Position numbers and translations under genes: made by a program
Part shown: positions 49,354 to 58,551 of the stretch, in pieces
How the letters are laid out: each line of letters begins with the position of its first letter
Numbering within the stretch: the first letter of the stretch is position 1
The notes under the pieces: model-generated
Told to the model about the DNA's origin: nothing
The model's database searches: none
What the model saw: the letters and a program-made list of their open reading frames with translations, nothing else
Assembly (NCBI GenBank): GCA_016710435.1
Contig: JADJVV010000001.1
Span: 739,912-803,911 of the forward strand
DNA: 64,000 bases
Direction: 5' to 3'
DNA from: Hyphomicrobiales bacterium
GTDB taxonomy: Bacteria > Pseudomonadota > Alphaproteobacteria > Rhizobiales > Aestuariivirgaceae

Positions 49354-50643
49354 TCATGCGTTCGGCGGTGCGCCTTGAGAGTGTTGCGTTGCATTCACGT
49401 GATCCCGCGCTGCAGCAACGACCTCTTCGATGCCGTTGAATGATGTAGCGTTGAGAACGAGGCTGCGCGCGAAGCCAAGTGCAAGCAACTCGCAACCCGC
49501 CCGCACACGCTCATCCGCTATGCTCTCCATGTCTTCCACATGGGCAAGGCCGAGGATGCGGCGGATCATCTTGCATCCGGCGAAGCCAAGCGAATCGCGG
49601 AAGAGCTTGTCCATGAAATCCGCCCGGTATCGCGCCAGCGCGGCCAACGCCGCATCATCCTTGAACAGGCCTTGCCCGAATGTTTCTCCATCCGCATGAT
49701 GTTCCCACGTGTGCAGGAACTCCGCCTTGAATGCGGACCACACGATTTTCGTCTGTTCGAGCAGCCAGTCACAATAGGGATCGGGCCGGCCTTGTCCCTG
49801 CCCCGCATGGGCGAAGAAGGACAGGAGATAGTTGGCGATGATGGCGCCCACATCGAAGGCCATGGGGCCGACGAAGGCAAATTCCGGGTCGATGACGCGG
49901 GTTTCCGTTTCCGTCACCATCACTGAACCGGTGTGCAGGTCTCCGTGGATCACGGCCTGCGCCTCCGTGATGAACTGCCACTTCTTTTCCTGCACGGCGA
50001 TCTTGAGTGCGGCGTCGGCCTCAAAGGCGGACTTGATCCCATCGAGATAGGGCCTGGTCCAGCGGTTGAGTTCCGCCACGCGGTAGGGATCGGTGAAGAC
50101 GAGGTCTTCTGTGATCCGGCACAGCGCCGTGTTGGAGGCAAACAGCTCGATCCGCGCCTTGTGCGCCTCGGCGGAGGACGCCAGCATGGAGGTGTGGAAC
50201 AGCGTCCGCGCCATGAAGATCGCGATGTCCTGCGCCGCGCGTGGATAGATGCGGCGCCGGATCAGCCCCTTGCGCAAGGTGATGTGCGGCGTGAGGTATT
50301 CCATGACGATGAGCGCCATGTCGTTGTCGTAGTGAAAGACCTGCGGCGTGAGCGCCGGCGCATGTTGCGCCTGAATGGCAAGGGCGCTGCTCTCGAAGAA
50401 GGACCGCTTCAGCGGCAAGGGCCAGCTTTCGCCCACAAGCCGGACGTACGGCAATGCCTGCTTGACCACGAGGCCGCCTGCGCCGCCCTCGATGATGAAG
50501 ACGAGATTGAGGTTGCCGTCACCCACTTCACGGATTGTCCACGCCTGCGCCGTTCCACCCAGCCGTTCCCGCGCAATTGGCAATCCATTGAGATAGTCAC
50601 GCAACCGGCTTGTATCCAAAGCATGATAGTGAGCGTCGGGCAT
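49354..50643 (-). CDS. mtnK: S-methyl-5-thioribose kinase family
   Basis: EVGDGNLNLVF, VKQALPYVRLVGESWPL, HGDLHTGS, IDPEFAF, MIRRILGLAHVED. Confidence 0.9.
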   Translation of the reverse strand: MPDAHYHALDTSRLRDYLNGLPIARERLGGTAQAWTIREVGDGNLNLVFIIEGGAGGLVVKQALPYVRLVGESWPLPLKRSFFESSALAIQAQHAPALTPQVFHYDNDMALIVMEYLTPHITLRKGLIRRRIYPRAAQDIAIFMARTLFHTSMLASSAEAHKARIELFASNTALCRITEDLVFTDPYRVAELNRWTRPYLDGIKSAFEADAALKIAVQEKKWQFITEAQAVIHGDLHTGSVMVTETETRVIDPEFAFVGPMAFDVGAIIANYLLSFFAHAGQGQGRPDPYCDWLLEQTKIVWSAFKAEFLHTWEHHADGETFGQGLFKDDAALAALARYRADFMDKLFRDSLGFAGCKMIRRILGLAHVEDMESIADERVRAGCELLALGFARSLVLNATSFNGIEEVVAAARDHVNATQHSQGAPPNA

Positions 50644-50679
50644 GATGCAGGTGGTCCCCCAATTTCCGCACTAAAGACC

Positions 50680-50700
50680 AAAATCTTCCAGCGTGGAAGA
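50680..50700 (-). terminator. Hairpin + T-tract after the epimerase gene
   Basis: Minus strand TCTTCCA-CGC-TGGAAGA-TTTT. Confidence 0.5.
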
Positions 50701-50704
50701 CACC

Positions 50705-51676
50705 TCAGCCCGGGTACCAGATCTTGCGCGGTTCCTCGGGCCTGCGCACATGGTCATAGGCACGGTCAATGAGTTGCGGCAGGTCGACGGCGGGCCGCCA
50801 GCCCAGATCAAACTTCGCGGCGGCATTGTCCATCCAGTTGGAATGATAGGAACTGGGAATGGCAATGCTCTTCAACCCCCGCGTTGCCAGCAGGTAGGCG
50901 GCCACTTCGCCGTAGTCGACAGCTTCATTCATGCAGATGTTGTAGGTGCGCCCCGCCGTATCCTCACGGCCCAGCGCCTTGCCGATGGCATCCACCAGAT
51001 CATCCACATGCACGAAGTTGCGCCTCAGCGGCCGGCCCTTCGCATCCAGCAGCAGCGGAACCGTGCCGTCAAGCGCTGCGGCCGCGGCCACATCGGGCGC
51101 CACCAGTTCTTTCCAGCGCGGACCGCCGAACACATCATCACCGAAGGACAGGGTGTATTTGAAGTCGTCTTTCTCCATGATCCACGGCGCCCGCAGACAG
51201 CAGGCATTGATGCCGTATTGTATGACGAACTGGCGAAGCATCACCTCCTCCAGCACCTTGGAGAGCGCATAGCAGCCGGGATAGGCCATGTGTGGTGTCT
51301 GCTCGGTGACAGGTGTGCCGTGATCGTAGAAGAAATGACCCACCGCCGCATCGCCGCCGATCAGGATGAACTGGCGCGCCGTCTTGCTCTGGCGGAATTC
51401 CTCCAGCATCCAGAACAGGCCCTTCACCGTCACGTCCATCACATCGTCAGGCGTTTCCTTGCAGGTCGCCATGTGGATGACGTGCGTGACGCCTTGCATC
51501 GCACGCGCAACACAATTGCGGTCTGCAATGGTGCCGTGGATTGCTTCGATGCCTGCAATGCTCCTGGTGTGGCACAGGGCCCGCATGGCCGAGCGCGGCA
51601 TGCCGAGCGCCGACTCAAGATGCGCAATGAACCGCGTTCCCACCTTGCCGGTTGCGCCTGTGATGAGAAGTTTCAT
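50705..51676 (-). CDS. NAD-dependent epimerase/dehydratase family (extended SDR)
   Basis: LITGATGKVG, VIHMAT, YALSK (YxxxK), FVHVDDL. Confidence 0.85.
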   Translation of the reverse strand: MKLLITGATGKVGTRFIAHLESALGMPRSAMRALCHTRSIAGIEAIHGTIADRNCVARAMQGVTHVIHMATCKETPDDVMDVTVKGLFWMLEEFRQSKTARQFILIGGDAAVGHFFYDHGTPVTEQTPHMAYPGCYALSKVLEEVMLRQFVIQYGINACCLRAPWIMEKDDFKYTLSFGDDVFGGPRWKELVAPDVAAAAALDGTVPLLLDAKGRPLRRNFVHVDDLVDAIGKALGREDTAGRTYNICMNEAVDYGEVAAYLLATRGLKSIAIPSSYHSNWMDNAAAKFDLGWRPAVDLPQLIDRAYDHVRRPEEPRKIWYPG

Positions 51677-51714
51677 GTTCATCTCCTGATCGCGGCACCG
51701 GACGGCGCGGCTTG

Positions 51715-52737
51715 CTAGGGTTGGCTGGAGGAATTCCGCACGACGAGCGGACATTCGGACTTGAGTTGCGCCGGAGGCACGCCGGGCTGGTCGATCTGTT
51801 CGAGCAGCAGTTCCGCCGCCAGCGCGCCCATCTCGAAATGCGGCAGCAGCACGGTTGTCAGCGGCGGATGGGTGAACTGCGCGATCTCGCGGTCGTCGTA
51901 GCCGACAACGCTGACATCGCCGGGAATGGCCTTGCCCAGTTCCCGCAATGCCTCAAGGCAACCGAGCGCCATGAGATCATTGCAGCAGAAAATCGCCGTG
52001 GGCGGATGGGGCAACTGCATCATCTCTTTGGTTTGCGCATAACCGGCGGACGGCTCCCAGTTGCCGGGCCGCACGAGATCTTCATCGAAGGCGATATCCG
52101 CCGCTGCGAGGGCCTGGCGATAGCCCTTGAGCCGGTCCTTGGAGGCATCCATCCAGTCTTCGCCCTGGATGATGGCGATGCGGCGGTGGCCCAGTTCGAT
52201 GAGGTGACGCGTGGCCGTACGCCCGCCAACCACCTCGCCCGGCGTGACCGATGCCACGCTGCGGTCCATGACATAACAGTTGAGCAGTACCGTGGGCTGG
52301 CCCAGCACCGCCTGCGATGGCGTGACCGCACGGGTCTGGATCGTGCCGTAGACGAGTCCCCTGAGATTGATCCTGGCCAGCGTGCGAATGGCCATCTCTT
52401 CCGCTTCCGCATCGCCGCTGGTGACGAAGGTCAGGATGTCGAGGCTGCTCGATGCCGCTTTCTCCCGCAACCCGTCGAGCGCAATCGCCATCCACGGATC
52501 GGTGGACATTTCATCGACAAGAAATCCAATGACGCCGCTGTCGGGACGCGCGCCGTTTCCATTGCGGCGGCCGGCATGGAGATAGCCCAGCGATTTCGCC
52601 GCCTTCTTCACACGCGTGATGGTGTCGTCTGACACCCGGGCCTCGGCAATGCCGTTCAGCACCAGCGACACGGTGGTCTGCGACACCCCCGCCAATGTTG
52701 CCACGTCAGTCATGGTCGGGCGGCGTTGTTCAGTCAT
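51715..52737 (-). CDS. LacI family transcriptional regulator
   Basis: TMTDVATLAGVSQTTVSLVLN, GHRRIAII, CCNDLMALG, SVVGYDD, PPLTTV. Confidence 0.93.
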   Translation of the reverse strand: MTEQRRPTMTDVATLAGVSQTTVSLVLNGIAEARVSDDTITRVKKAAKSLGYLHAGRRNGNGARPDSGVIGFLVDEMSTDPWMAIALDGLREKAASSSLDILTFVTSGDAEAEEMAIRTLARINLRGLVYGTIQTRAVTPSQAVLGQPTVLLNCYVMDRSVASVTPGEVVGGRTATRHLIELGHRRIAIIQGEDWMDASKDRLKGYRQALAAADIAFDEDLVRPGNWEPSAGYAQTKEMMQLPHPPTAIFCCNDLMALGCLEALRELGKAIPGDVSVVGYDDREIAQFTHPPLTTVLLPHFEMGALAAELLLEQIDQPGVPPAQLKSECPLVVRNSSSQP

Positions 52738-52822
52738 GGATTATCCCCCAGGTCTTTCGCCTGCCAATGCAACCACACCGTCGGACATCCTCAAACTGCA
52801 ATGTTTCCCCCTCCACAACTTC

Positions 52823-52863
52823 CAACAGTAATGTTGACTGATATTAGTAATAGTGATTACGTT
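52823..52863. promoter_or_regulatory. AT-rich divergent promoter with three abutting palindromes and a TTGACT-N18-TACGTT candidate promoter
   Basis: CAACA-gtaa-TGTTG (52823-52836), ACTGATATTAGT (52837-52848, imperfect), GTAAT-agtg-ATTAC (52847-52860). Confidence 0.4.
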
Positions 52864-52933
52864 AACTCACGGCCCTGCCGTCTGGCAAGCCGGCAAAGAC
52901 GATGACGACAACATTTTGAATGGGAGACGCCTG

Positions 52934-53881
52934 ATGAAACTGAGATTTGCTGCAGCCGTGGCTGCCGGCCTGATGCTTTCAGTCACACCCGGACTGGCAC
53001 AGGAGAAGAAGCAACTGGCCTTTATCGTGAATGCCGCCTCGGACTTCTGGAAACTTGCGGAAGCGGGCGTGAAGAAGGCGCAGGCCGAACTGCCCAACTA
53101 TGAATTGCAGTTCAAATACCCCGCACAAGGCACTGCCGCCCTGCAGAACGCCCTGATGGACGACCTCGTGGCCGCGGGCACCGACGCCATCATGATCTCG
53201 TCGGTCGATCCCAAGACCTCGATCGACGCATTCAACCGCATTGCCGCCCAGGTGCCGCTCTTCACCACGGACAGCGATGCACCTGCCAGCAACCGCATTG
53301 CCTACCTCGGTTCTTCCAACACCGATGCGGGTGTGCAGGCTGGTGAAGTGGCTGTGAAGGCTCTGCCAAACGGCGGCAAGTGCATGGGCTTCGTCGGCTT
53401 CCTCGATGCCGACAACGCCAAGGAACGCATTGCCGGATTCAAGCAGGCCGTGGAAGGCAAGGGCATCGAACTCGTTGATACACGCGGCGATGACGTGGAC
53501 TTCGCCCGCGCCCGCAGCAACGTGGACGACGTGCTGGCCGCCAACCCCGAGATCAACTGCATGGTCGGTTTCTATTCGTACAATCCCCCGAAGATCTACG
53601 AAGCCCTGCAGGCCGCCAACAAGCTCGGCCAGATCACGGTCATCGCCTTTGACGAAGACCCGATCACCCTTGGCGCCGTGCGCGACGGCAGCTTTGCCGG
53701 CACCGTGGTGCAGCAGCCCTTCGAATGGGGCTATCAGGGCATGAAGCTGATGGCCAAGTACCTTGAGGGCGACAAGTCGGGCATTCCCGAAAACAAGCTC
53801 ATCATTGTTCCCACCAAGGTGATCGACAAGGCCAACGTCGATCAGTTCGAAGCCGACCTGAAAGCCGCAATCGGCAAGTGA
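52934..53881 (+). CDS. Sugar ABC transporter substrate-binding protein
   Basis: Signal peptide, IVNAASDFW, FTTDSDAP, YLGSSN, AFDED, VVQQPFEWG. Confidence 0.9.
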   Translation: MKLRFAAAVAAGLMLSVTPGLAQEKKQLAFIVNAASDFWKLAEAGVKKAQAELPNYELQFKYPAQGTAALQNALMDDLVAAGTDAIMISSVDPKTSIDAFNRIAAQVPLFTTDSDAPASNRIAYLGSSNTDAGVQAGEVAVKALPNGGKCMGFVGFLDADNAKERIAGFKQAVEGKGIELVDTRGDDVDFARARSNVDDVLAANPEINCMVGFYSYNPPKIYEALQAANKLGQITVIAFDEDPITLGAVRDGSFAGTVVQQPFEWGYQGMKLMAKYLEGDKSGIPENKLIIVPTKVIDKANVDQFEADLKAAIGK

Positions 53882-53889
53882 GGGTTGGA

Positions 53890-53925
53890 GAATGGCTGGC
53901 GGAAACCTCCTGGCGCCAGCCATTC
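53890..53925 (+). other. 12-bp perfect stem-loop between binding-protein and ATPase genes
   Basis: GAATGGCTGGCG-N12-CGCCAGCCATTC. Confidence 0.65.
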
Positions 53926-53968
53926 CTTCACGCTTGTGACCAAAGCCACCTTGGGGCAAAGATCATCC

Positions 53969-55489
53969 ATGACGGCGGCACTTCTCGCACTGCGGGGCGT
54001 TTCCAAGCACTTCGGCCCCGTGGTCGCCCTTGAAGACGTCTCATTCAGCGTCGGCCGCGGGGAAGTGATCGGGCTCGTTGGCGAGAACGGTGCCGGAAAA
54101 TCGACCCTGATGAAGATCCTCGGCGGCGTCATCGCGCCATCGGCCGGGCGCATTCTGCTGGATGGTGCGGAAGCCGTCTTTGCCACGACACGCCAATCCA
54201 TGGACAGGGGCATTGCTTTCGTCCACCAGGAGCTCAACTCCTTCACCAATCTCAGCGTTGCGGCGAACATCCTCATCGGCCGCGAACCGCGCCGCGGGCC
54301 TTTCAATGTGTTCGTCGATCAACGCCAAAGCGAAGCACAGGTGGAACCGCTGTTGAAACGGTTGCGCGCCGACTTCCGGCCTTCCACGCCCGTGGCGGAA
54401 TTGTCGATCGCCCAGCGTCAGCTTGTGGAGATTGCCCGCGCACTCTCCTTTGATGCGCGCCTCGTCATCATGGATGAGCCCACCTCCAGCCTCACTCTCA
54501 GCGAGTCCAGCCGGCTTCTGGAAATCGTCCGTGAACTGAGGGAAAGTGGCGTCAGCGTCATCTTCATCACCCACCGGCTCAACGAGGTGGTGGAGATTGC
54601 CGATCGTGTCGTCGTTCTGCGCGACGGCAGGCTTGCGGGAACACTGGCGAAGCAGGAGATCACCCCGCAGGCCATGATCGCCCTCATGATCGGCCGCGCC
54701 TTGCAAACGCTCTACCTGCCGCCCGCCACGACGCGCGGCGAACACGGCCTCACACTCTATTGCGCGCGCACCCGCAGCTTCCCCGCCGAGGAAGTGAGCC
54801 TTGCCGTGCGCAAAGGCGAAATCCTCGGCCTTGCCGGGCTGATCGGTGCGGGGCGGTCGGAACTCGCCCGGGCCGTCTTCGGCATTGAACCGTTGCTTGC
54901 CGGCGAAATCCGGATCGATGGCATGCCCCTGCGAGCTGCGACGCCGCAGGACGCCATGGCGGCGGGTGTGGCCCTCATCCCCGAAGACCGCAAGCAATCC
55001 GCATTGATGCTGGGCGAATCCATCGCCGAGAATATCGCCCTCAACAACTGGCGGGACTTCTCCCACCGCGGCATGGTCGAAACTTCGCGGTTGCAAGCGC
55101 ATGCCGAGACGCAGATTGCTGCCTTCGCGGTGCACGCGCCGGGGCCTGAGACACAGCTTGCCGCTCTTTCTGGCGGCAATCAGCAGAAGGTCATTCTCGC
55201 GAAGTGGCTGCCACGCAAGCCGGCCGTGCTCATCTGCGATGAACCCACGCGCGGCGTCGATGTGGGTGCCCGCCACGAAATCTACGCCCGCCTGCGAAAG
55301 GCTGCCGATGAAGGTGCGGCCGTGCTGCTCATTTCCAGCGACATGGAGGAAGTCCTCGGCGTCAGCGACCGCATCGCCGTCATGCATGAAGGGCGGATCA
55401 GCGGCACGCTGGAGCGCACGGATTTCTCGGAACAGAATGTGCTGCAACTGGCCGTCGGACGCGCCCACCTGGAGGATACCCCCCGATGA
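53969..55489 (+). CDS. Sugar ABC transporter ATP-binding protein (CUT2)
   Basis: [37 protein letters not shown]. Confidence 0.9.
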   Translation: MTAALLALRGVSKHFGPVVALEDVSFSVGRGEVIGLVGENGAGKSTLMKILGGVIAPSAGRILLDGAEAVFATTRQSMDRGIAFVHQELNSFTNLSVAANILIGREPRRGPFNVFVDQRQSEAQVEPLLKRLRADFRPSTPVAELSIAQRQLVEIARALSFDARLVIMDEPTSSLTLSESSRLLEIVRELRESGVSVIFITHRLNEVVEIADRVVVLRDGRLAGTLAKQEITPQAMIALMIGRALQTLYLPPATTRGEHGLTLYCARTRSFPAEEVSLAVRKGEILGLAGLIGAGRSELARAVFGIEPLLAGEIRIDGMPLRAATPQDAMAAGVALIPEDRKQSALMLGESIAENIALNNWRDFSHRGMVETSRLQAHAETQIAAFAVHAPGPETQLAALSGGNQQKVILAKWLPRKPAVLICDEPTRGVDVGARHEIYARLRKAADEGAAVLLISSDMEEVLGVSDRIAVMHEGRISGTLERTDFSEQNVLQLAVGRAHLEDTPR

Positions 55490-56460
55490 TCCCCTACAAG
55501 AAAGATATCGGTTTGCTCATCCTCATCCTGCTGGTCGGCAGCACGGTGGCGCTGATCAACCCGCTGTTCCTCTCGCCCACCAACATGGCCAACACGGCAA
55601 ACCTCATCGGCCTCTTCGGCATCTTCGCCATCGGCCAGGCCATCGTCATCATCACTGGCGGCATTGATCTTTCCGTCGGCTCCGTCATCGCCCTTCTCGG
55701 CGTGCTCATGGTGGACCTGATGGCGGGCGTGGAACTGCCCTGGCCCTTCGTGCTGATGCTCATTCCGGTCTTCGGCGCGGTGATCGGCCTCATCCACGGC
55801 CTGCTGGTGGTCAAGCTCCGGATTCAGCCGTTCATCGTGACCCTCTGCGGCCTTCTCATCTACCGGGGCGCGGCCCGCTTCTTCACCGCCGATGCGACCG
55901 CCGGCTTTGGTTTCGGCCAGAGCTTTCCCGCCGTGGAATGGCTCACCGTGGGCCGCAGCTTCGGTGTGCCGCATTCCTTCGTCGCCCTCGTCATCATTGG
56001 TGCGGTGATGTGGACGGTCCTGCACCGTACCGTCTTTGGCCGCTACCTCTATGCCGTCGGCAAGAACGAGGAGGCGGCCCGCTATTCCGGCATCAACACC
56101 GGCGCCGTCGTGGTCGCGGCCTATGTGATCTGCGGCATCCTCACCGCCATCTCGGCCATGTTCTTCGCCATGTACACCCGTTCCATCTCTCCCTCGTCGC
56201 ACGGAAACTTCTACGAACTCTACGCCATTGCCGCAGCGGTGCTGGGTGGCTTCTCCCTGCGCGGTGGTGAAGGCTCGATCCTCGGCGTGATCCTCGGCGC
56301 GGTGCTGCTGCAGATCCTGCAAAACCTGGTGAACCTCCTCGGCATTCCCAGTTCGTTGAATTTCGCGGTGATGGGTGCTGTCATCCTCTTTGGCGTTCTG
56401 GTGGACAGCCAGCTGGCACGTTTCCGGCCCATGCTGTCGTCACTCAAGGGAACTGCGTGA
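55486..56460 (+). CDS. Sugar ABC transporter permease (CUT2)
   Basis: GGIDLSVGS, QPFIVTL, YAVGKNEEAARYSGI, ELYAIAAAVLGG. Confidence 0.9.
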   Translation: MIPYKKDIGLLILILLVGSTVALINPLFLSPTNMANTANLIGLFGIFAIGQAIVIITGGIDLSVGSVIALLGVLMVDLMAGVELPWPFVLMLIPVFGAVIGLIHGLLVVKLRIQPFIVTLCGLLIYRGAARFFTADATAGFGFGQSFPAVEWLTVGRSFGVPHSFVALVIIGAVMWTVLHRTVFGRYLYAVGKNEEAARYSGINTGAVVVAAYVICGILTAISAMFFAMYTRSISPSSHGNFYELYAIAAAVLGGFSLRGGEGSILGVILGAVLLQILQNLVNLLGIPSSLNFAVMGAVILFGVLVDSQLARFRPMLSSLKGTA

Positions 56461-56467
56461 GGCGGAG

Positions 56468-57463
56468 ATGGCTGTTGCCGATGACCAGGACGTCCGGAGC
56501 ATCACCATCGCGGCGGGGCGGCTCTCCGCCACGATCCTGAATGTCGGTGCGGCCCTCATGGATTTCGCGGTGGACATGCCAAGCGGACGCCGTCCGCTGA
56601 TCTTGTCGCTCAGCGATGCCAACGCCTATCGCACCAATCCCCATTATCTCGGCGCCATTGCCGGCCGCTGCGCCAACCGCATCCGTGGCGGCGCATGCAT
56701 CATCGACGGCCGTCTTCACCAACTGGACCGCAACGAAAACGGTGAAACGCATCTGCACGGAGGCTCAAAAGGTTTCTCCCGCAAATTCTGGAATATCGTC
56801 GCGCACACACCTGAGAGCGTCGACCTCGCGCTCCATTCTCCCGATACCGACCAGGGGTACCCCGGAAATCTCGATTGCACCTGCCGCTACGAACTGCTGC
56901 CGGGGAACCGCCTGCGCATCACGCTCTCGGCCACGGCGGACGCAACGACTCTCGTCAACCTCGCGGCCCATGCCTATTTCACTCTCGCGCCACAGTCGTC
57001 GGTGCTGGACCATGCGTTGCAGATTGCGGCTGAGCACTACACGCCGGTTGATGCCAATCTCATTCCGGATGGGCGCCAACTCGCCGTACGCGGAACGGGT
57101 TTTGATTTCACGTCGCTGTCGCGGATCGGCACGCAAAGAGAAGGCACACCCGCGGGCTTCGATCACAACTTCATCCTCGCGGGTGCCCCCCGGCACGAAC
57201 CTGCTTTTGCCGCACGATTGCGTTCGCCCTTGCAGGATCTCTCGCTTGAAATCTGGACCACGGAACCGGGCCTGCAATTCTACGACGGCGCGAAACTGCA
57301 GGATGATCCCACAAATCCCTCCGGCACCTTGCGGCCCTTCGCCGGCTGCTGTCTGGAGCCGCAACGCTTCCCCGATGCCATCCACCATCCCCATTTCGCC
57401 GGAGCGCTGCTCCCGGCAGGTGCAGTCTACCGGCAGGTGACCGAATACCGGCTCTTTGCATGA
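56468..57463 (+). CDS. galM: Aldose 1-epimerase (mutarotase)
   Basis: GRCANRI, HLHGG, NLAAHAYF, FDHNF, QFYDG, CLEPQ. Confidence 0.88.
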   Translation: MAVADDQDVRSITIAAGRLSATILNVGAALMDFAVDMPSGRRPLILSLSDANAYRTNPHYLGAIAGRCANRIRGGACIIDGRLHQLDRNENGETHLHGGSKGFSRKFWNIVAHTPESVDLALHSPDTDQGYPGNLDCTCRYELLPGNRLRITLSATADATTLVNLAAHAYFTLAPQSSVLDHALQIAAEHYTPVDANLIPDGRQLAVRGTGFDFTSLSRIGTQREGTPAGFDHNFILAGAPRHEPAFAARLRSPLQDLSLEIWTTEPGLQFYDGAKLQDDPTNPSGTLRPFAGCCLEPQRFPDAIHHPHFAGALLPAGAVYRQVTEYRLFA

Positions 57464-57550
57464 GACAGCATCCAATCGCACAAAAATCAGCGCTAAAGCA
57501 CAAAGGCCTGGTGGTGGGCGTACTCGGTGACGAACCGGTGTCAGGTGTGA

Positions 57551-57593
57551 ATTCCCTGAAGTGAATAACATTCCCGCTCACAATACAGGGAAT
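57551..57593. repeat. Inverted repeat ATTCCCTG-N27-CAGGGAAT near the island left end
   Basis: Perfect 8-bp arms at 57551-57558 and 57586-57593. Confidence 0.6.
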
Positions 57594-58075
57594 CCGCGCT
57601 TGCGCGAACACATGGCCTATCTCGACGCCCTTCTTGTTAAACGGCGGCGCTATCGGGCCACGAACGCGGAGGGCACATGACATAAGTCCGACTGCATGGT
57701 TGACTTACGGGCCGCAACTTTCCTATGTCGCCACCCCCGCTCAAGGAGGGCGGTTGTCGTGACGCACCAGGACCCGCCGGAAGAAAACATCGTGCCGCCC
57801 TTTGAAATTCCAGTGGGTGAGACAGATAGCTTTCCCGCCAACAGGGTTGCATTCTACGGTGACTTCGAGACGGACGGGGTGTGGAGCGCGGGTGGCATGT
57901 GCTGCTCGGCCGATGCACTTCGCATACCTGTGGCTTTACAACAGGCGATCGGTGAATGGGGAACAGTGGTTCGACCAGCGCGGCATCTCTCTCGCCTGGC
58001 AAGTGAGAAATTCGTATGTATTGGACGTTGAGCAATTTTTCCGAACGCTATGTCACCCCGTATTGGTAGCTTAAA

Positions 58076-58339
58076 ATGAAAAGCAATAAGACTCTTTCTT
58101 GGGCAATAGTGATGATCTTTGCCAACGGTTTGCTACCCATTGTCCATGCTCAAGGCGCACGTGTGATTCTTGGGGACACATGGGTGCAGCAGCACACGCT
58201 TCGCCTTGCCTGGTTTTGGTCAGTCGCAATTCTGATTAACTCGCTCAACCTTTTTGCGACGGTGAGCACTACGAACCATAAGAGAGCGATCAACTTTGCA
58301 ATGCTCGTGCTCAACGTCGTGTCTGGCTGGACGCACTGA
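58076..58339 (+). CDS. Possible small hydrophobic (membrane) protein in the island
   Basis: 87 aa ATG-started ORF with about three hydrophobic stretches; no family recognised. Confidence 0.25.
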   Translation: MKSNKTLSWAIVMIFANGLLPIVHAQGARVILGDTWVQQHTLRLAWFWSVAILINSLNLFATVSTTNHKRAINFAMLVLNVVSGWTH

Positions 58340-58551
58340 TCACCGACGCACACCATACCACCCACAGCCTTGCAAACCTGAATGGGCTCTCTGAGCGGAG
58401 CGCCAGATCAACTACCAACCTCGCCCTGCTCGCACCTGACATTGTTGAAGCCGCTATCGAAGGCCGACTTCCTCGCGGTATCACCGTCACGCAGATGACC
58501 GATCTTCCCCCGTGCTGGACAGAGCAGAGACGCTCGCTCGGGCTGGCCTGA
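58282..58551 (+). pseudogene. C-terminal fragment of a large serine recombinase-family protein
   Basis: Hand translation VWLDALITD...LSERSARSTTNLALLAPDIVEAAIEGRLPRGITVTQMTDLPPCWTEQRRSLGLA*. Resembles the LAFLAPDLVKAAIEGRLPRG..W..Q..LG tail of rhizobial tRNA-adjacent recombinases (recalled). In-frame TAA at 58279, no start codon. Confidence 0.65.
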
